Positions 13,071 to 24,961 are shown, counted from the stretch's first letter. The stretch: DNA of 64,000 nucleotides from an uncultured Chloroflexia bacterium (GCA_963795805.1 CAWCIV010000001.1:778749-842748); one strand, 5' to 3'. Made by a program: numbers and translations. The notes: generated by a model from the letters alone, not told the origin.

Positions 13071-14528
13071 ATGGCCGAGCACGAGCAGCCGGGGTTTGTC
13101 GACAAGATCCGCAAGCAGTCTGAGGACTTCCCTGGTTGGTACACGGACGTCGTCAGGAAAGCGCAGCTGGCTGATTACTCCCCGGTCAAGGGATGCATGG
13201 TGATCCGCCCCTATGGCTACGCGCTCTGGGAGAACATCCGCGACGCCCTCGACGACATGATCAAGAAGACCGGCCACGAGAACTGGTACTTTCCGGCGCT
13301 TATTCCCCTCAGCTTCCTGCAGAAAGAGGCGGACCACGTCGAGGGATTCAAGCACGAATTCCAGACCGTGACGCATGGGGGAGGGAAGGAGCTCGACGAA
13401 CCCCTGGTGCTGCGGCCCACGTCGGAGACCATGCTGGCCAGCGTCCTGAAGAACTACATCCACTCCTACCGCGATCTCCCCCAGCTGACGAACCAGTGGA
13501 ACAATGTTTTCCGCTGGGAGCTACGCACGCGCCTTTTCCTCCGGACCAGGGAATTCCTCTGGCAAGAGGGGCACACCTTTCATGAAACGGCACCGGAGGC
13601 GCAGCAGGAAGTCGACACGATGCTCGACTGCTACCGGCAGATCGCCGAAGACTGGTGCGCCATCCCAGTCCTGACCGGTCGCAAGTCCGAGACCGAAAAA
13701 TTTGCGGGCGCCCAGTACTCCAAGTCGATCGAGGCCATGATGAAGGACGGCAAGGCCTTACAGTCGGCCACCTCGCACTACTTTGGCGACAACTTCAGCC
13801 GCGCCTATGACCTGACGTTCACTGGACGCACCAATGTTCTCGAGTATCCGTACTCAACCAGCTGGGGGTTGTCCACTCGCATGGTCGGCGCGGTCGTCAT
13901 GGCACATGGCGATGAGGGCGGCCTTGTCCTTCCCCCGCGCATCGCTCCGATCCAGATCGTCGTCGTGCCGATCTTCCGCAGCGATGCCGAGCGCTCGCAG
14001 ATCCAGACGGCTCTCGAGCCGGTGCTCAAGGCGCTCGATGACGACGATCTACGGGTGAAGGTGGACTGGCGCGACGAGCGGCCGGGCTTCAAGTACAACG
14101 AGTGGGAGCTCAAGGGGGTCCCGATCCGGCTGGAAGTCGGGCCGCGGGACCTGGCCAGGGGCGAGGTCACGCTGGTGCAGCGGCTCGATCGGACCAAGCA
14201 GGCGGTGCCGCTGGGTGACCTCCCCGTGGCCCTGCCCGCCATGCTGAATGCGGTCCAGACGGCGATCCTGGACCGCGCCCAGGAGTTCCGGGCCGCGCAC
14301 ACCGTCCACCTGGACTCGCTGGCCGCTTTGGGGCAGTACTTTTCCGGCTCGACCGGCTTCGCGGTCACGCCCTGGTGCGAGAGCCCGGAAGACGAGGCAA
14401 CCGTGCTGAAGGAGGCCCCGGGGGTGAGCACGCGGGTCATGTTGCCGGGGTCGGCTCGGCCGGCCGGGACGTGCGCGATCTGTGGCAAGCCTGCCACGAC
14501 CGAGGTGGTCTGGGCGAAGGCGTACTGA
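13071..14528 (+). CDS. proS: Proline-tRNA ligase (archaeal/eukaryote type)
   Basis: LRPTSET, FLRTREFLWQEGHT, SWGLSTR, WELKGVP.R.EVGPRD, C-terminal AKAY. Confidence 0.97.
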   Translation: MAEHEQPGFVDKIRKQSEDFPGWYTDVVRKAQLADYSPVKGCMVIRPYGYALWENIRDALDDMIKKTGHENWYFPALIPLSFLQKEADHVEGFKHEFQTVTHGGGKELDEPLVLRPTSETMLASVLKNYIHSYRDLPQLTNQWNNVFRWELRTRLFLRTREFLWQEGHTFHETAPEAQQEVDTMLDCYRQIAEDWCAIPVLTGRKSETEKFAGAQYSKSIEAMMKDGKALQSATSHYFGDNFSRAYDLTFTGRTNVLEYPYSTSWGLSTRMVGAVVMAHGDEGGLVLPPRIAPIQIVVVPIFRSDAERSQIQTALEPVLKALDDDDLRVKVDWRDERPGFKYNEWELKGVPIRLEVGPRDLARGEVTLVQRLDRTKQAVPLGDLPVALPAMLNAVQTAILDRAQEFRAAHTVHLDSLAALGQYFSGSTGFAVTPWCESPEDEATVLKEAPGVSTRVMLPGSARPAGTCAICGKPATTEVVWAKAY

Positions 14529-14592
14529 GCCTGCGCTGATTGGGCGCTCCGAGCTTCGGGGATAATTTCCTCATTGAGAGAGGGTCGCTGGC

Positions 14593-16740
14593 ATGCAATT
14601 TGCCGATCTCCTAAGTAAGGTCGGCTACCTCCCGCCGCAGGACGTGGAGGTCCTCTCGCGCGCCTACGAGGCGGCGGCCAGTGCCCACTACGACCAGAAC
14701 CGGCTTTCAGGCGAGAAATTCATCGAGCACCCGCTCAGCGTGGCCGGCATCCTTGCCGACCTCCAGCTCGACCGCGACACACTGGCTGCGGCGATCCTCC
14801 ACGACACCGTCGAGGACACCCACCTCACGATCGCGGATCTGGAACAGAGCTTTGGGCCCACCGTGGGAAAGCTCGTGGCGGGCGTCACCAAGCTGGAAAA
14901 GATCTCCTTCCACAGCCAGGAGCAGGCGCAGGCGGAGAACGTCCGCAAGATGCTGGTCGCGATGGCGGAGGACGTTCGGGTCGTGCTGATGAAGCTGGCC
15001 GACCGCCTCCACAACATGCGGACCGTGAACTTCCTGCCGGAGGTGCGGCGGCGCGCCATGGCGCAGGAGACCCTCGATATTTATGCACCGCTCGCGCACC
15101 GCCTCGGCATGTGGAACATCAAGTGGGAGCTCGAGGATCTGTCCTTCGCCCAGCTGCACCCCGAGGAGTACCAGGAGATCGTCAAGAAAATTGCCCGGAA
15201 GCGGAAGGAGCGGGAAACCTACGTCGACGACATCAAGGAGATCCTGGACCGCGAACTGACCGCAGTTGGGATCAAGGCGGACACCACCGGCCGCCCCAAG
15301 CACGTCTACAGCATCGCCAACAAGCTGGCTCTCGGCAAGGAGTTCGACGAGATCTACGACCTCTCCGCGATCCGGGTCCTGACCGATTCGATCAAGGATT
15401 GCTACGGTGCCCTGGGCGTCATTCATTCACTCTGGAAGCCAATCCCGGGTCGGTTCAAGGACTACATCGCGATGCCGAAGTCGAACGGTTACCAGTCCTT
15501 GCATACCACCGTAGTGAGCCACAGCGGCGAGCCGATGGAGATCCAGATTCGGACCCACGAGATGCACCGCACGGCCGAGTGGGGCGTGGCGGCGCACTGG
15601 ACGTACAAGGAAGGCGGCAAGGAGGACCGCAAGATGGACCAGCGCTTCGCCTGGTTGCGCCAGTTGATGGACTGGCAGAAGGAAGTGCTGGACGCGGAGA
15701 TGTTCGTCGACGCGGTCAAGGTCGATGTCTTCCGGGATGAGGTCTTCGTCTTCACCCCCAAGGGCGACGTGCTGGCGCTGCCGTCCGGCGCGACGGCCGT
15801 GGACTTCGCCTACCGGATCCATACCGAGGTCGGCCACCGCTGCATCGGCGCCAAGGCCAATAGCCGGATGGTGCCGCTCGACTATCAACTCCAGAACGGC
15901 GACATCGTCGAGGTGCTGACGTCGAAGGGTCCGCACGGCCCGAGCCGCGACTGGCTGGCCTTCGTCAAGACTGCCGGCGCCTCACAAAAGATTCGGGCCT
16001 GGTTCAAGAAGGAACGCCGCGAGGAGAACGTCACCAAGGGCAAGGAGTTGCTCGACAAGGAGTTCCGACGCATCCAGCAGCGCGCCCTGGCCTCGATCGG
16101 TGACGAGCGCATCCTGGAACTGGCTACAGAGTTTCGCTTCACGACGCTCGACGACTTCTATGCCGCGATCGGGTACGGCGATGTCAGCCAGCACTCGGTC
16201 CTGCTGAAATATCTCGCGGCCAGCCAGCCGGAGGTGGGGACCGCCGAATTCCCGCTGATCCCGCTGGTGCCGCAGTTCAAACCGACCGGCGAAATCGTGG
16301 TCAAGGGGGAACGCGGAGTCCTCACCCAGATCGCCCAGTGCTGCAAGCCGGTTCCCGGTGACCCGATCACGGGCTACATCACGCGTGGGAAGGGCATCAG
16401 TGTCCATCGCACCAGCTGCAAAAACGTGGTGAACGTGATCGTCAGCGAGCGGCTGGTCGAGGTTGACTGGGATACCGCCGGGCGCCAGCAATACCCGGTG
16501 GCGATCAAGATCGAAGCCTGGGATCGGACCGGCCTGCTTCGGGACATCGCGACCGTCATTGCCGAAAACAAGATCAATCTGACGGGCGCCGAAGTGCAAG
16601 TCTACGACGACAAGACCGCGATCATCTCGACGACTGTCGAGATCAGCAGCCTGACCCAGTTGAGCCGCCTGATGGAGCGCCTGGAAACGATCAAGGACGT
16701 CCACACGGTTGCCAGAGAAGGGAACCTGGCCGCTAGTTAA
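14593..16740 (+). CDS. relA: Bifunctional (p)ppGpp synthetase/hydrolase (long RSH)
   Basis: HD (LHDTVED), [34 protein letters not shown] and ACT domains. Confidence 0.97.
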   Translation: MQFADLLSKVGYLPPQDVEVLSRAYEAAASAHYDQNRLSGEKFIEHPLSVAGILADLQLDRDTLAAAILHDTVEDTHLTIADLEQSFGPTVGKLVAGVTKLEKISFHSQEQAQAENVRKMLVAMAEDVRVVLMKLADRLHNMRTVNFLPEVRRRAMAQETLDIYAPLAHRLGMWNIKWELEDLSFAQLHPEEYQEIVKKIARKRKERETYVDDIKEILDRELTAVGIKADTTGRPKHVYSIANKLALGKEFDEIYDLSAIRVLTDSIKDCYGALGVIHSLWKPIPGRFKDYIAMPKSNGYQSLHTTVVSHSGEPMEIQIRTHEMHRTAEWGVAAHWTYKEGGKEDRKMDQRFAWLRQLMDWQKEVLDAEMFVDAVKVDVFRDEVFVFTPKGDVLALPSGATAVDFAYRIHTEVGHRCIGAKANSRMVPLDYQLQNGDIVEVLTSKGPHGPSRDWLAFVKTAGASQKIRAWFKKERREENVTKGKELLDKEFRRIQQRALASIGDERILELATEFRFTTLDDFYAAIGYGDVSQHSVLLKYLAASQPEVGTAEFPLIPLVPQFKPTGEIVVKGERGVLTQIAQCCKPVPGDPITGYITRGKGISVHRTSCKNVVNVIVSERLVEVDWDTAGRQQYPVAIKIEAWDRTGLLRDIATVIAENKINLTGAEVQVYDDKTAIISTTVEISSLTQLSRLMERLETIKDVHTVAREGNLAAS

Positions 16741-16829
16741 CCTTTCTGTTTCCCGTTCGTTGCACTCCGCCGTCAAGCCACCGGGCTAGCAACGGCTCTC
16801 GTAACTTGGCGACCCTAGCATCGGGTTCG

Positions 16830-17750
<921 letters not shown>

Positions 17751-17760
17751 TCGATTCCGG

Positions 17761-20448
17761 ATGCGGATGCCGACGGTGCGGATGCCGACGGTGCGGATGC
17801 CGACGATGCGGATTCGTACCCAGATCATCCTGCCCTTTCTGTTGCTGATCCTCCTCCTGGGACTGGTCGGCACCTATCTGACGACGAGCCTGGTGGCTAC
17901 CTCGCTCGAGGAGCGGATCGCCCAGCAACTCGTGCAGGCGCACAACAGCGCGCTCGACTCGGCCGTCAAGCTGCAGGGCCGACAGATCGCCGCCCTTCGG
18001 CTGATCGCCAATACGGAGGGCGTGGACCAGGCGGTGCGAGCCGGCGACGTGAAGGCCCTTCGGGAGCTTCTCGTTCCGCTCGAGATCAACAACCGCCTCG
18101 GGACCGTCATCATCTTCGATGCCCGAGGGAAAGCCCTGCTGCAGATCGATCAACCGGACCCACGCAACCCGGGCGGCCTCGTGTTCACGAGCGGCGCCGA
18201 CCTCTCGAAGGATGCGGTCGTAAAGCCGGTACTGAACGGGACATACGACGGTTTGGGCGACAAGTTCATCGGTTATGAGGGAACACCGCCGTCGACGCTC
18301 GGCGCCGCCGGGCCGATCGTGGTCGGTGACCAGGTGGTCGGCGGAGTCCTCTTGCAAACGCCGCTGAGCGCCGTGCTCACGGACATGAAGGCGAAGTCTC
18401 AATCGCAGGTCCTCCTCCTCGACGCCGGCGGCCACCTCCTCGGAACAACAGTGGCCGGCGTCAAGAATGGTTTGCTCGACGACCGAACGCGGGCGTACCT
18501 CGACCTGGCCTCGCCTGGCCGGGCGTCGCGGCAGAGCGTCGGCATCCAGGGCCAGGCGTACGAGGTCCAATTCAGCCTCTTCTATCTCCGCCAACAGCCG
18601 GCGGGATTCCTCGGCGTCGCCATCTCCCGCGACGCGGTGATGCAGGCAGGCTTTCATTCCGCGGTCCAGATGACCGCATTGTTCACCGGCGTCGTGCTCA
18701 TCCTGCTGCTGATCGGCTATGTCCTGGCGCTTCGACTGACCCGGCCGATCGAGGAGTTGGTCGCGGGCACCCAGGCCGTTGCCCGCGGAGACCTGAGCCA
18801 GCGCCTGGCGGTCCGCCGGCGTGACGAGCTGGGCGAGCTCGGCGGCGCGTTCAACGCGATGACGGCCGACCTGCAGGAGCGGACCCGCGAACTCAACGAG
18901 CAGATGCGACGATTGGCGGCGCTGTATCAGACGAGCGTGGGACTTGGGAGCGAAGCCGAGCCCGGCGCCATGGCCGAGGCGATCCTTGGCATCAGCCTGA
19001 AGGCGCTGAATGTGAGCAAGGCTGCCCTGCTGGCCCGCAACCCGGAAACGAGTTGCCTCGAGGTCCGTGCCGTCGTCGGCCTTCCGGAGGAGTACTCGGG
19101 GCAGTTGCTCCGGCTGAGCGGCACCGCGCTGGCCGATGGATTCGAGGAGACCAGCTCCCAGATTGAAACTGTTATCGGCCTGGCCGGCGACTCGCGCAAG
19201 TGCCTGCGTCTCTTTGGTGAGCTGGCCAACGTCCAGCGCGCCTTCGTCGTGCCCCTCACGCGTGGCCAGCGCAATGCCGGCTACCTCGTGGTCGGGGTCG
19301 GCAGCGACTACGCCCTTCCCGAGCAGGATGTCGAACTCCTGCAGACGATTGCCACCGAAATGGCGATGATGCTGGAAAATGCCGACCTGCGGAAAAAGAC
19401 CCAGCTCCAGGCCCACCGCCTCGACCAGGCGATCACCGCCCTGGAAAAGATTTCACAGGCCCTGACCGCCGTCACGGTCGGGACGGACAACCTGCTGCGC
19501 GCGGTGGCCCATGCCACCTCCGAGATCCTCGACGTGCCCTATGCCTCGATTCACCTTCGCAAATCATCCTGGCGTGAGGAGTTCAGCGACGTCATCGTTC
19601 GGTGCACGACGCGCCGTGAGTTGGCGGCGGTCCGGGCAAGCGGCGATCTCGTTACGCAGCGGTTGGAGCGGCCCGAGCAGGTGCTGGAGCTCGAGCTATC
19701 CGATCCGAACTCCGGGGTCGCGGCGGCCCGGCGGATCGGCCTCGAGCGGGTCATCGGTGTACCGATGTGTCTCGCGGGCGAGATCGTTGGCGTCCTCGCG
19801 ATCCATATGCGCACGCCCCGCCGCCTGGAGCGGAGCGAGGTGCGCGTCCTGCAGACGCTCGCGAACCAGGCAGTCATCGCGATCGAGAATGCGGCGGCCT
19901 ATGAGCAAACCCGGCAACTTGCCACCACGGACGCCGTCACGGGCGTCGCCAACCACCGTGAGCTCGAGGCGCACGTCGAGCGCGAGTTGATTCGCGCCCG
20001 GAAAGCGAAGGAGTCGTTTGCCCTGATCATCTGCGACCTCGACCATTTCAAGGAGATCAACGACACGGCCGGTCACCCGGCAGGCGACGCCGTGCTGCGC
20101 CACCTCACGAAGCAGATCCTGGTTCCGGCGGTTCGCCCGAAGGACCTGGTGGCCCGCTACGGCGGCGACGAGTTCGTGCTCGTGCTGCGCGGCGCCGATG
20201 GGCGGGCCGCGATGCTGGTCGCCGAGCGCATCCGACGCGCGGTCGCCGGCCAGGCCGTCATGTATGACGGCAAGTCGGTTACGAATCTCTCCTTGAGCCT
20301 TGGGGTCGCCGTGTTTCCTCGCGATGGTGAGACCCGGGAAGCCCTCGTGCAGGCTGCCGACCAGGCGCTCTACGTCGCCAAGCGCACCGGGCGGAACCGC
20401 GTTGTCCGCAGTGAAACCAGTGTCGCCGGCACGCAATTGAGCGCCTAG
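17761..20448 (+). CDS. Membrane sensor diguanylate cyclase (TM-extracellular sensor-TM-HAMP-GAF-GAF-GGDEF)
   Basis: Two TM helices, HAMP (RPIEEL...GDLS.RL....DELGELG.AFN.M), two GAF-like segments, DLDHFKEINDTAGH..GD, RxxD I-site (RPKD), ARYGGDEF. Start is ATG 17761 or 17806. Confidence 0.93.
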   Translation: MRMPTVRMPTVRMPTMRIRTQIILPFLLLILLLGLVGTYLTTSLVATSLEERIAQQLVQAHNSALDSAVKLQGRQIAALRLIANTEGVDQAVRAGDVKALRELLVPLEINNRLGTVIIFDARGKALLQIDQPDPRNPGGLVFTSGADLSKDAVVKPVLNGTYDGLGDKFIGYEGTPPSTLGAAGPIVVGDQVVGGVLLQTPLSAVLTDMKAKSQSQVLLLDAGGHLLGTTVAGVKNGLLDDRTRAYLDLASPGRASRQSVGIQGQAYEVQFSLFYLRQQPAGFLGVAISRDAVMQAGFHSAVQMTALFTGVVLILLLIGYVLALRLTRPIEELVAGTQAVARGDLSQRLAVRRRDELGELGGAFNAMTADLQERTRELNEQMRRLAALYQTSVGLGSEAEPGAMAEAILGISLKALNVSKAALLARNPETSCLEVRAVVGLPEEYSGQLLRLSGTALADGFEETSSQIETVIGLAGDSRKCLRLFGELANVQRAFVVPLTRGQRNAGYLVVGVGSDYALPEQDVELLQTIATEMAMMLENADLRKKTQLQAHRLDQAITALEKISQALTAVTVGTDNLLRAVAHATSEILDVPYASIHLRKSSWREEFSDVIVRCTTRRELAAVRASGDLVTQRLERPEQVLELELSDPNSGVAAARRIGLERVIGVPMCLAGEIVGVLAIHMRTPRRLERSEVRVLQTLANQAVIAIENAAAYEQTRQLATTDAVTGVANHRELEAHVERELIRARKAKESFALIICDLDHFKEINDTAGHPAGDAVLRHLTKQILVPAVRPKDLVARYGGDEFVLVLRGADGRAAMLVAERIRRAVAGQAVMYDGKSVTNLSLSLGVAVFPRDGETREALVQAADQALYVAKRTGRNRVVRSETSVAGTQLSA
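17762..17813 (+). repeat. 15-bp tandem repeat (about 3.5 copies) at the start of the diguanylate cyclase gene
   Basis: tgcggatgccgacgg x2, tgcggatgccgacga, tgcggat; encodes (V/M)RMPT units. Confidence 0.9.
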
Positions 20449-20492
20449 CACCGCCGGGGATCGTGGCCGTCGTTCGCTAAGCTTTCGTGACA

Positions 20493-21764
20493 ATGGCTCC
20501 CGTGGCGCAGCGTGCTCGCGGCACGCATGACATCCTGCCCGCCGACCAGCCGTACTGGGAGGAAATCGAACGAACCATCAAGGCGGTGGTGGCCCGCTAT
20601 GGGTATCGCCGGATCGAGTCGCCGATCTTCGAGTCGACCGAGCTCTTTGTTCGCAGCGCCGGTCAAGACAGTGATGTGGTTCGCAAAGAGATGTACACGT
20701 TCGACGATCGTGGCGGGCGTTCCCTGACGCTGCGAGCCGAGGGCACCGCGCCCATCGTCCGAGCCTATTTCGACGGTGGCCTTGACCAGGAGCCGCAACC
20801 GGTGCGCTTGTTTTACCTGGGCCCATTCTTTCGCTACGACCGTCCGGCGGCCGGCCGCTTCCGGCAATTCCACCAGTTCGGCATCGAGACAATCGGCGAA
20901 GCCGATCCCTTGATCGATGTCGAAGCCATTGAGCTCGGCTGGCGCTGGTTCGAGTCGCTCGGCATCGCCTCATTGAGCCTTCGGCTCAACAGCATCGGCG
21001 ATGAGGTCTGCCGGCCGGCATACCGCGAGTCCCTACGAGATTATTATCGGCCCCATCTCGCTGAGCTCTGCGAAGAAGACCAGGTTCGCTTCGAGCGCAA
21101 TCCCCTCCGACTCTTGGACTGTAAGGATCCGCAGTGTCAGCCTTTGAAGGCCAACGCGCCGCGCATCGTCGACCAGCTGTGTGCGCCCTGTGCGGCCGCT
21201 TTTGCTCGGGTGAAGCAAGGCCTGTCCGCGGCAGGAATCCCATTCGAGCTCGACCCAACGCTCGTGCGCGGTTTGGATTACTACACCCGAACGGTTTTCG
21301 AATACCAGCACAGCAGCCTCGGGGGGGCGCAGAACGCGCTCGGCGGCGGGGGACGGTACGACGGGCTCGCCGAGGAGCTCGGCTACCGATCAACCCCCGG
21401 CATCGGCTTTGCGATGGGCATCGAGCGCACGCTGATCATCCTCAAAGACCGTGGGCCCGTCGAGGCGCCCGGCGTCGACGTCTACGTGGTGGCGCTGCGC
21501 GACGCCGACCAGGTCTATGCGCTCCGGCACGCCTCCAGCCTGCGAGCAAGCGGGCTTCGCGTCGTGCTCGATCCTGGCGAGGCAAGGCTCGACGCTCGTT
21601 TGCGGAAGGCGGCGAAGAAGGGTGCCCGCGTCGCGCTGATCATCGGCCCGGAAGAGCGCGAGCGGGGCGAGGCGGTGATCCGAGACATGCAGGCCAAGGC
21701 CCAGGTCACGGTGCCGGAAACCGAGATCGTGTCGACGGTGACGCAGACGCTGGGGCGGTCATGA
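20493..21764 (+). CDS. hisS: Histidine-tRNA ligase
   Basis: RGTHD, KEMYTF.DRGGR.L.LR.EGTA, LVRGLDYY..TVFE, GGGRYDGL. Confidence 0.97.
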   Translation: MAPVAQRARGTHDILPADQPYWEEIERTIKAVVARYGYRRIESPIFESTELFVRSAGQDSDVVRKEMYTFDDRGGRSLTLRAEGTAPIVRAYFDGGLDQEPQPVRLFYLGPFFRYDRPAAGRFRQFHQFGIETIGEADPLIDVEAIELGWRWFESLGIASLSLRLNSIGDEVCRPAYRESLRDYYRPHLAELCEEDQVRFERNPLRLLDCKDPQCQPLKANAPRIVDQLCAPCAAAFARVKQGLSAAGIPFELDPTLVRGLDYYTRTVFEYQHSSLGGAQNALGGGGRYDGLAEELGYRSTPGIGFAMGIERTLIILKDRGPVEAPGVDVYVVALRDADQVYALRHASSLRASGLRVVLDPGEARLDARLRKAAKKGARVALIIGPEERERGEAVIRDMQAKAQVTVPETEIVSTVTQTLGRS

Positions 21765-23542
21765 GCCGAACGGCTCGCACCCAGGGGGGACGGCTCCGGG
21801 CAGGCGATGTCACCCAGCGGGTCGAGCTGTACGGCTGGGTCCATCGCCGGCGGGACCACGGCGGACTGATCTTCATCGACCTCCGCGACCGCAGCGGGAT
21901 CGTACAGGTAACCTTCGATCCGGCCCACGCGCAGGCGTATGCGGCGGCGGCCGAGCTCCGTCTCGAGACGGTCATCCATGTGAGCGGGCCCGTGCGGCGG
22001 CGTCCCGCAGGCTCCGAGAACGCCGAGCTGGAGACCGGCGAGGTGGAGGTGCAGGCCGAGGAGCTGGTCATCCTCAACCGGGCGCTGACCCCACCATTTG
22101 CGATCAACGACGACACCAGCGTCGACGAACAACTGCGCCTCCGCTACCGGTACCTGGATCTCCGCCGTCCGCGAATGGCCCGGAACCTCGCACTCCGCCA
22201 TCGGATCTCGAAAGCGATTCGCGACTTCCTCGATCAGGAAGGCTTTCTGGAGATCGAGACGCCGGCCCTGATCCGCAGCACGCCCGAAGGAGCTCGGGAC
22301 TATCTCGTCCCGAGCCGTCTGAACCTGGGCCATGTCTACGCCCTCGCCCAGTCGCCGCAGCTCTACAAGCAGCTGCTGATGGTCGCTGGCGTCGACCGCT
22401 ACTTCCAGATCGTCCGCTGCTACCGCGACGAGGACCTCCGGGCGGACCGGCAGCCCGAGTTCACCCAGCTGGACCTCGAAATGTCCTTCGTCAGCGAGGA
22501 GGACGTCATCGACGTGATCGAACGCGCCTTCGCCTACACGTTCCAGCACGTCCTCGCGGTTCCCGTCGCGACACCGATCCGGCGGATCACCCATGCGGAC
22601 GCGATGCTCCGCTACGGCGTCGACAAGCCCGACCTCCGGTATGGGCTCGAGATCGCCGAACTAACCCCGGTCTTCAAGGGCACCGAGTTCAAGATTTTCC
22701 GCCAGGTTCTCGAGGCGGGCGGTGCCATCCGGGCGATTCGGATCCCCGGCGCTGCCGGCGCCCCGGCCAAGGAGATCGAAGCCTGGACCGAGGTCGCCAA
22801 AGCGGAGAAAGCCAAGGGGCTCGCCTTCTGGCATCTGGAGGCTGGCGGCTGGCGTTCGCCGATCGCCAAGTTCTTTTCCGACACCGAGCTGGCCGGGCTG
22901 CGGGACGCAACCGCGGCCCAGCCGGGCGATCTGGTGCTCGCCGTGGCGGACCGGACCGAGGTGGCCGCGGCCGCCCTGGGAGCGGTGCGGAAGGCGGTCG
23001 CACGGCAGCGTGGCATGATCCCCGCCGGCCAGTTCGAGTTCGTCTGGGTCACCGACTTTCCGCTCTTCGAGCGGAGCGCCGAGACCGGCGAGATCACCGC
23101 CGCCCATCATCCGTTCACTTCGCCTCGTCCGGAGGATCTCGCCATGATGACGACCGACCCGCTCAAAGTCCGGGCGCGCGCCTACGACCTCGTGCTGAAC
23201 GGAATCGAGCTGGGTTCGGGTAGCATCCGGATCCACGACGCCGAGATGCAGCAGCGGGTCTTCGCCGGCCTCGGGATGTCCCGCGACGAAGCCGAACGCC
23301 GATTCGGTTTCCTCCTCGAAGCCTTCGGCTACGGGGCGCCGCCCCACGGCGGCTTTGCCTTCGGCCTCGACCGGGTCGTGATGATCGCGGCCGGGGAGGA
23401 AACGATCCGGGAGGTGGTCGCCTTCCCGAAGAACCAGCAGGCCCAGGAAGTGATGACCGGGGCCCCCGCCCCGGCTGATCCGAAACAGCTTCGCGATCTC
23501 GGCCTCGAACTGAAGGGGCCGGAGAGAAAAGGCCCCTCGTAA
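21761..23542 (+). CDS. aspS: Aspartate-tRNA ligase
   Basis: GWV.RRRDHGGLIFIDLRD, STPEGARDYLVP, YRDEDLRADRQPEFTQ, PPHGG.AFGLDR; ATGA overlap with hisS. Confidence 0.97.
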   Translation: MSRTARTQGGRLRAGDVTQRVELYGWVHRRRDHGGLIFIDLRDRSGIVQVTFDPAHAQAYAAAAELRLETVIHVSGPVRRRPAGSENAELETGEVEVQAEELVILNRALTPPFAINDDTSVDEQLRLRYRYLDLRRPRMARNLALRHRISKAIRDFLDQEGFLEIETPALIRSTPEGARDYLVPSRLNLGHVYALAQSPQLYKQLLMVAGVDRYFQIVRCYRDEDLRADRQPEFTQLDLEMSFVSEEDVIDVIERAFAYTFQHVLAVPVATPIRRITHADAMLRYGVDKPDLRYGLEIAELTPVFKGTEFKIFRQVLEAGGAIRAIRIPGAAGAPAKEIEAWTEVAKAEKAKGLAFWHLEAGGWRSPIAKFFSDTELAGLRDATAAQPGDLVLAVADRTEVAAAALGAVRKAVARQRGMIPAGQFEFVWVTDFPLFERSAETGEITAAHHPFTSPRPEDLAMMTTDPLKVRARAYDLVLNGIELGSGSIRIHDAEMQQRVFAGLGMSRDEAERRFGFLLEAFGYGAPPHGGFAFGLDRVVMIAAGEETIREVVAFPKNQQAQEVMTGAPAPADPKQLRDLGLELKGPERKGPS

Positions 23543-23640
23543 GGTCCGCGCCGGACCGTGACGAGCGTTTTTCCGGGCCGTCACGAAATGCCAATCGCGC
23601 GCCACCGAGCGCGTAAGGTACGGAACTTACAGTAATGCCC

Positions 23641-24537
23641 ATGAACACAGCAGCCACCCTGGCAACGAAGGCGATGGCGGTTGCCCTGGGCGGCGTCCTC
23701 ACCACCGGAGGACTCTCGGCCGCCGCCGCTGGGCATACGACGACGACGATCCCGGCGACGCTCTACACGCCGACTGCGCTCGGTGCGCAGGCAACCTACG
23801 CCGTGTCGAACATCTACGCGAATGCGCCGGTGGGCACGGTAACCCTGGGCGGGGTTCCGTTCACCGTGGCGAACACCGCATGGGCAGGCAGCGGCCAGAC
23901 GTACACGGTCCCGGCCAACACGCCCAAGCCGACCTCGGTGCACCTGCTCCTGGACTCCTCGAACGCCACGCTCGCCTATAAGGGGCAGAACGTGGGACGC
24001 ATTCACCTGACCTTCAGCGACGGGAAGACGCAGGATACGAACCTGATCGCGGGCGCCAACGTCCGTGAGTGGTGGAGCGCATCGACACTGGTCGATACCC
24101 TGACCGATGCGAACGCGTCCACCGTGTGGACTGGCCAGGCCCAGCCGGCGATGGGCGTCACGGGTCCCGCGCGCATCGACAAGCTGATGGTGAGCATCCC
24201 GGCGACGAGCGCGAACCTGACGCAGATCAGCATCATCAACGTGGCCAATGCCCCGTTCTACGTCTTCAGCAGCGGCGTCACGGTCGGCTACCAGGCGCCG
24301 GTGGCGACTGGCGGTGGCAATAACAACGACGAAACCGGAAACAACAATAACGACCAGAAGGACACTGAGAAGGTCAACAAGCCGACGCCGAAGAAGCCGG
24401 TCGTAGAGGTGAAGAAGCCGGCCGCAAAGGCGGAGAAGACGGTCACGCCGATCGTGAATACGAAAAAGGCCGCGCAGGACGAGGTCAAGCACGACGAGAC
24501 CAGCCAGCATTCCGACGGCGGCCACCAGCGCGACTAA
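23641..24537 (+). CDS. Secreted hypothetical protein (beta-sandwich domain plus charged low-complexity tail)
   Basis: Signal-peptide-like N-terminus, Thr/Asn-rich beta region (GVPFTV, IHLTFSDG..Q...L..G.NVREWW), N/K/D-rich C-terminus; TACAGT 7 nt before ATG 23641. Confidence 0.75.
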   Translation: MNTAATLATKAMAVALGGVLTTGGLSAAAAGHTTTTIPATLYTPTALGAQATYAVSNIYANAPVGTVTLGGVPFTVANTAWAGSGQTYTVPANTPKPTSVHLLLDSSNATLAYKGQNVGRIHLTFSDGKTQDTNLIAGANVREWWSASTLVDTLTDANASTVWTGQAQPAMGVTGPARIDKLMVSIPATSANLTQISIINVANAPFYVFSSGVTVGYQAPVATGGGNNNDETGNNNNDQKDTEKVNKPTPKKPVVEVKKPAAKAEKTVTPIVNTKKAAQDEVKHDETSQHSDGGHQRD

Positions 24538-24546
24538 CATCGATAT

Positions 24547-24581
24547 AAAAAAAGGCCCGGCACCAAGCCGGGCCTTTTTTT
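24547..24581. terminator. Bidirectional intrinsic terminator
   Basis: AAAAAAA-GGCCCGG-caccaag-CCGGGCC-TTTTTTT. Confidence 0.92.
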
Positions 24582-24624
24582 GTTGCCACGCCCCGACTCG
24601 GCATGATCCGGTACACTCGCGGCG

Positions 24625-24897
24625 GTGCTCGCCGCGATCCCGCCGGCTTTCGTTCTAGCCCTGCTGCTCATCCTGCTCGGAACCCAGGTGGCTTACGTCA
24701 TCGCGCCGCGAGCGCCTCACTTCCTGGTCCGCCTGGGAATCAGCGCCCTCGCGGTGCTCCTGGGCGAGGTGGTGGGGACCGTGTCTCTCGGCCAGCGGCT
24801 GGCCCTCGGTGACCTTCACCCGGCGACCGACGTGGCTTTCCTCGCCGCATTCCAATGGCTCGCGGGTCGGATCAGCCGTCGTGAACAGGCCGTTTAG
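24625..24897 (+). CDS. Small three-TM hypothetical membrane protein
   Basis: 90 aa with three hydrophobic segments; TACACT 7 nt upstream of GTG. Confidence 0.65.
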   Translation: MLAAIPPAFVLALLLILLGTQVAYVIAPRAPHFLVRLGISALAVLLGEVVGTVSLGQRLALGDLHPATDVAFLAAFQWLAGRISRREQAV

Positions 24898-24961
24898 GGT
24901 GTCGCCGATCGCGGTAGAACCAATGGGACGTCCGGTCACGGATGTCGGGAGGACTGGGTAA

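Noticed and set aside
24934-24961. SigB-type promoter (GGGTAA) before the DUF948 gene
   Set aside because: The hexamer abuts the start codon and lies downstream of the GGAGG SD, which is incompatible geometry.
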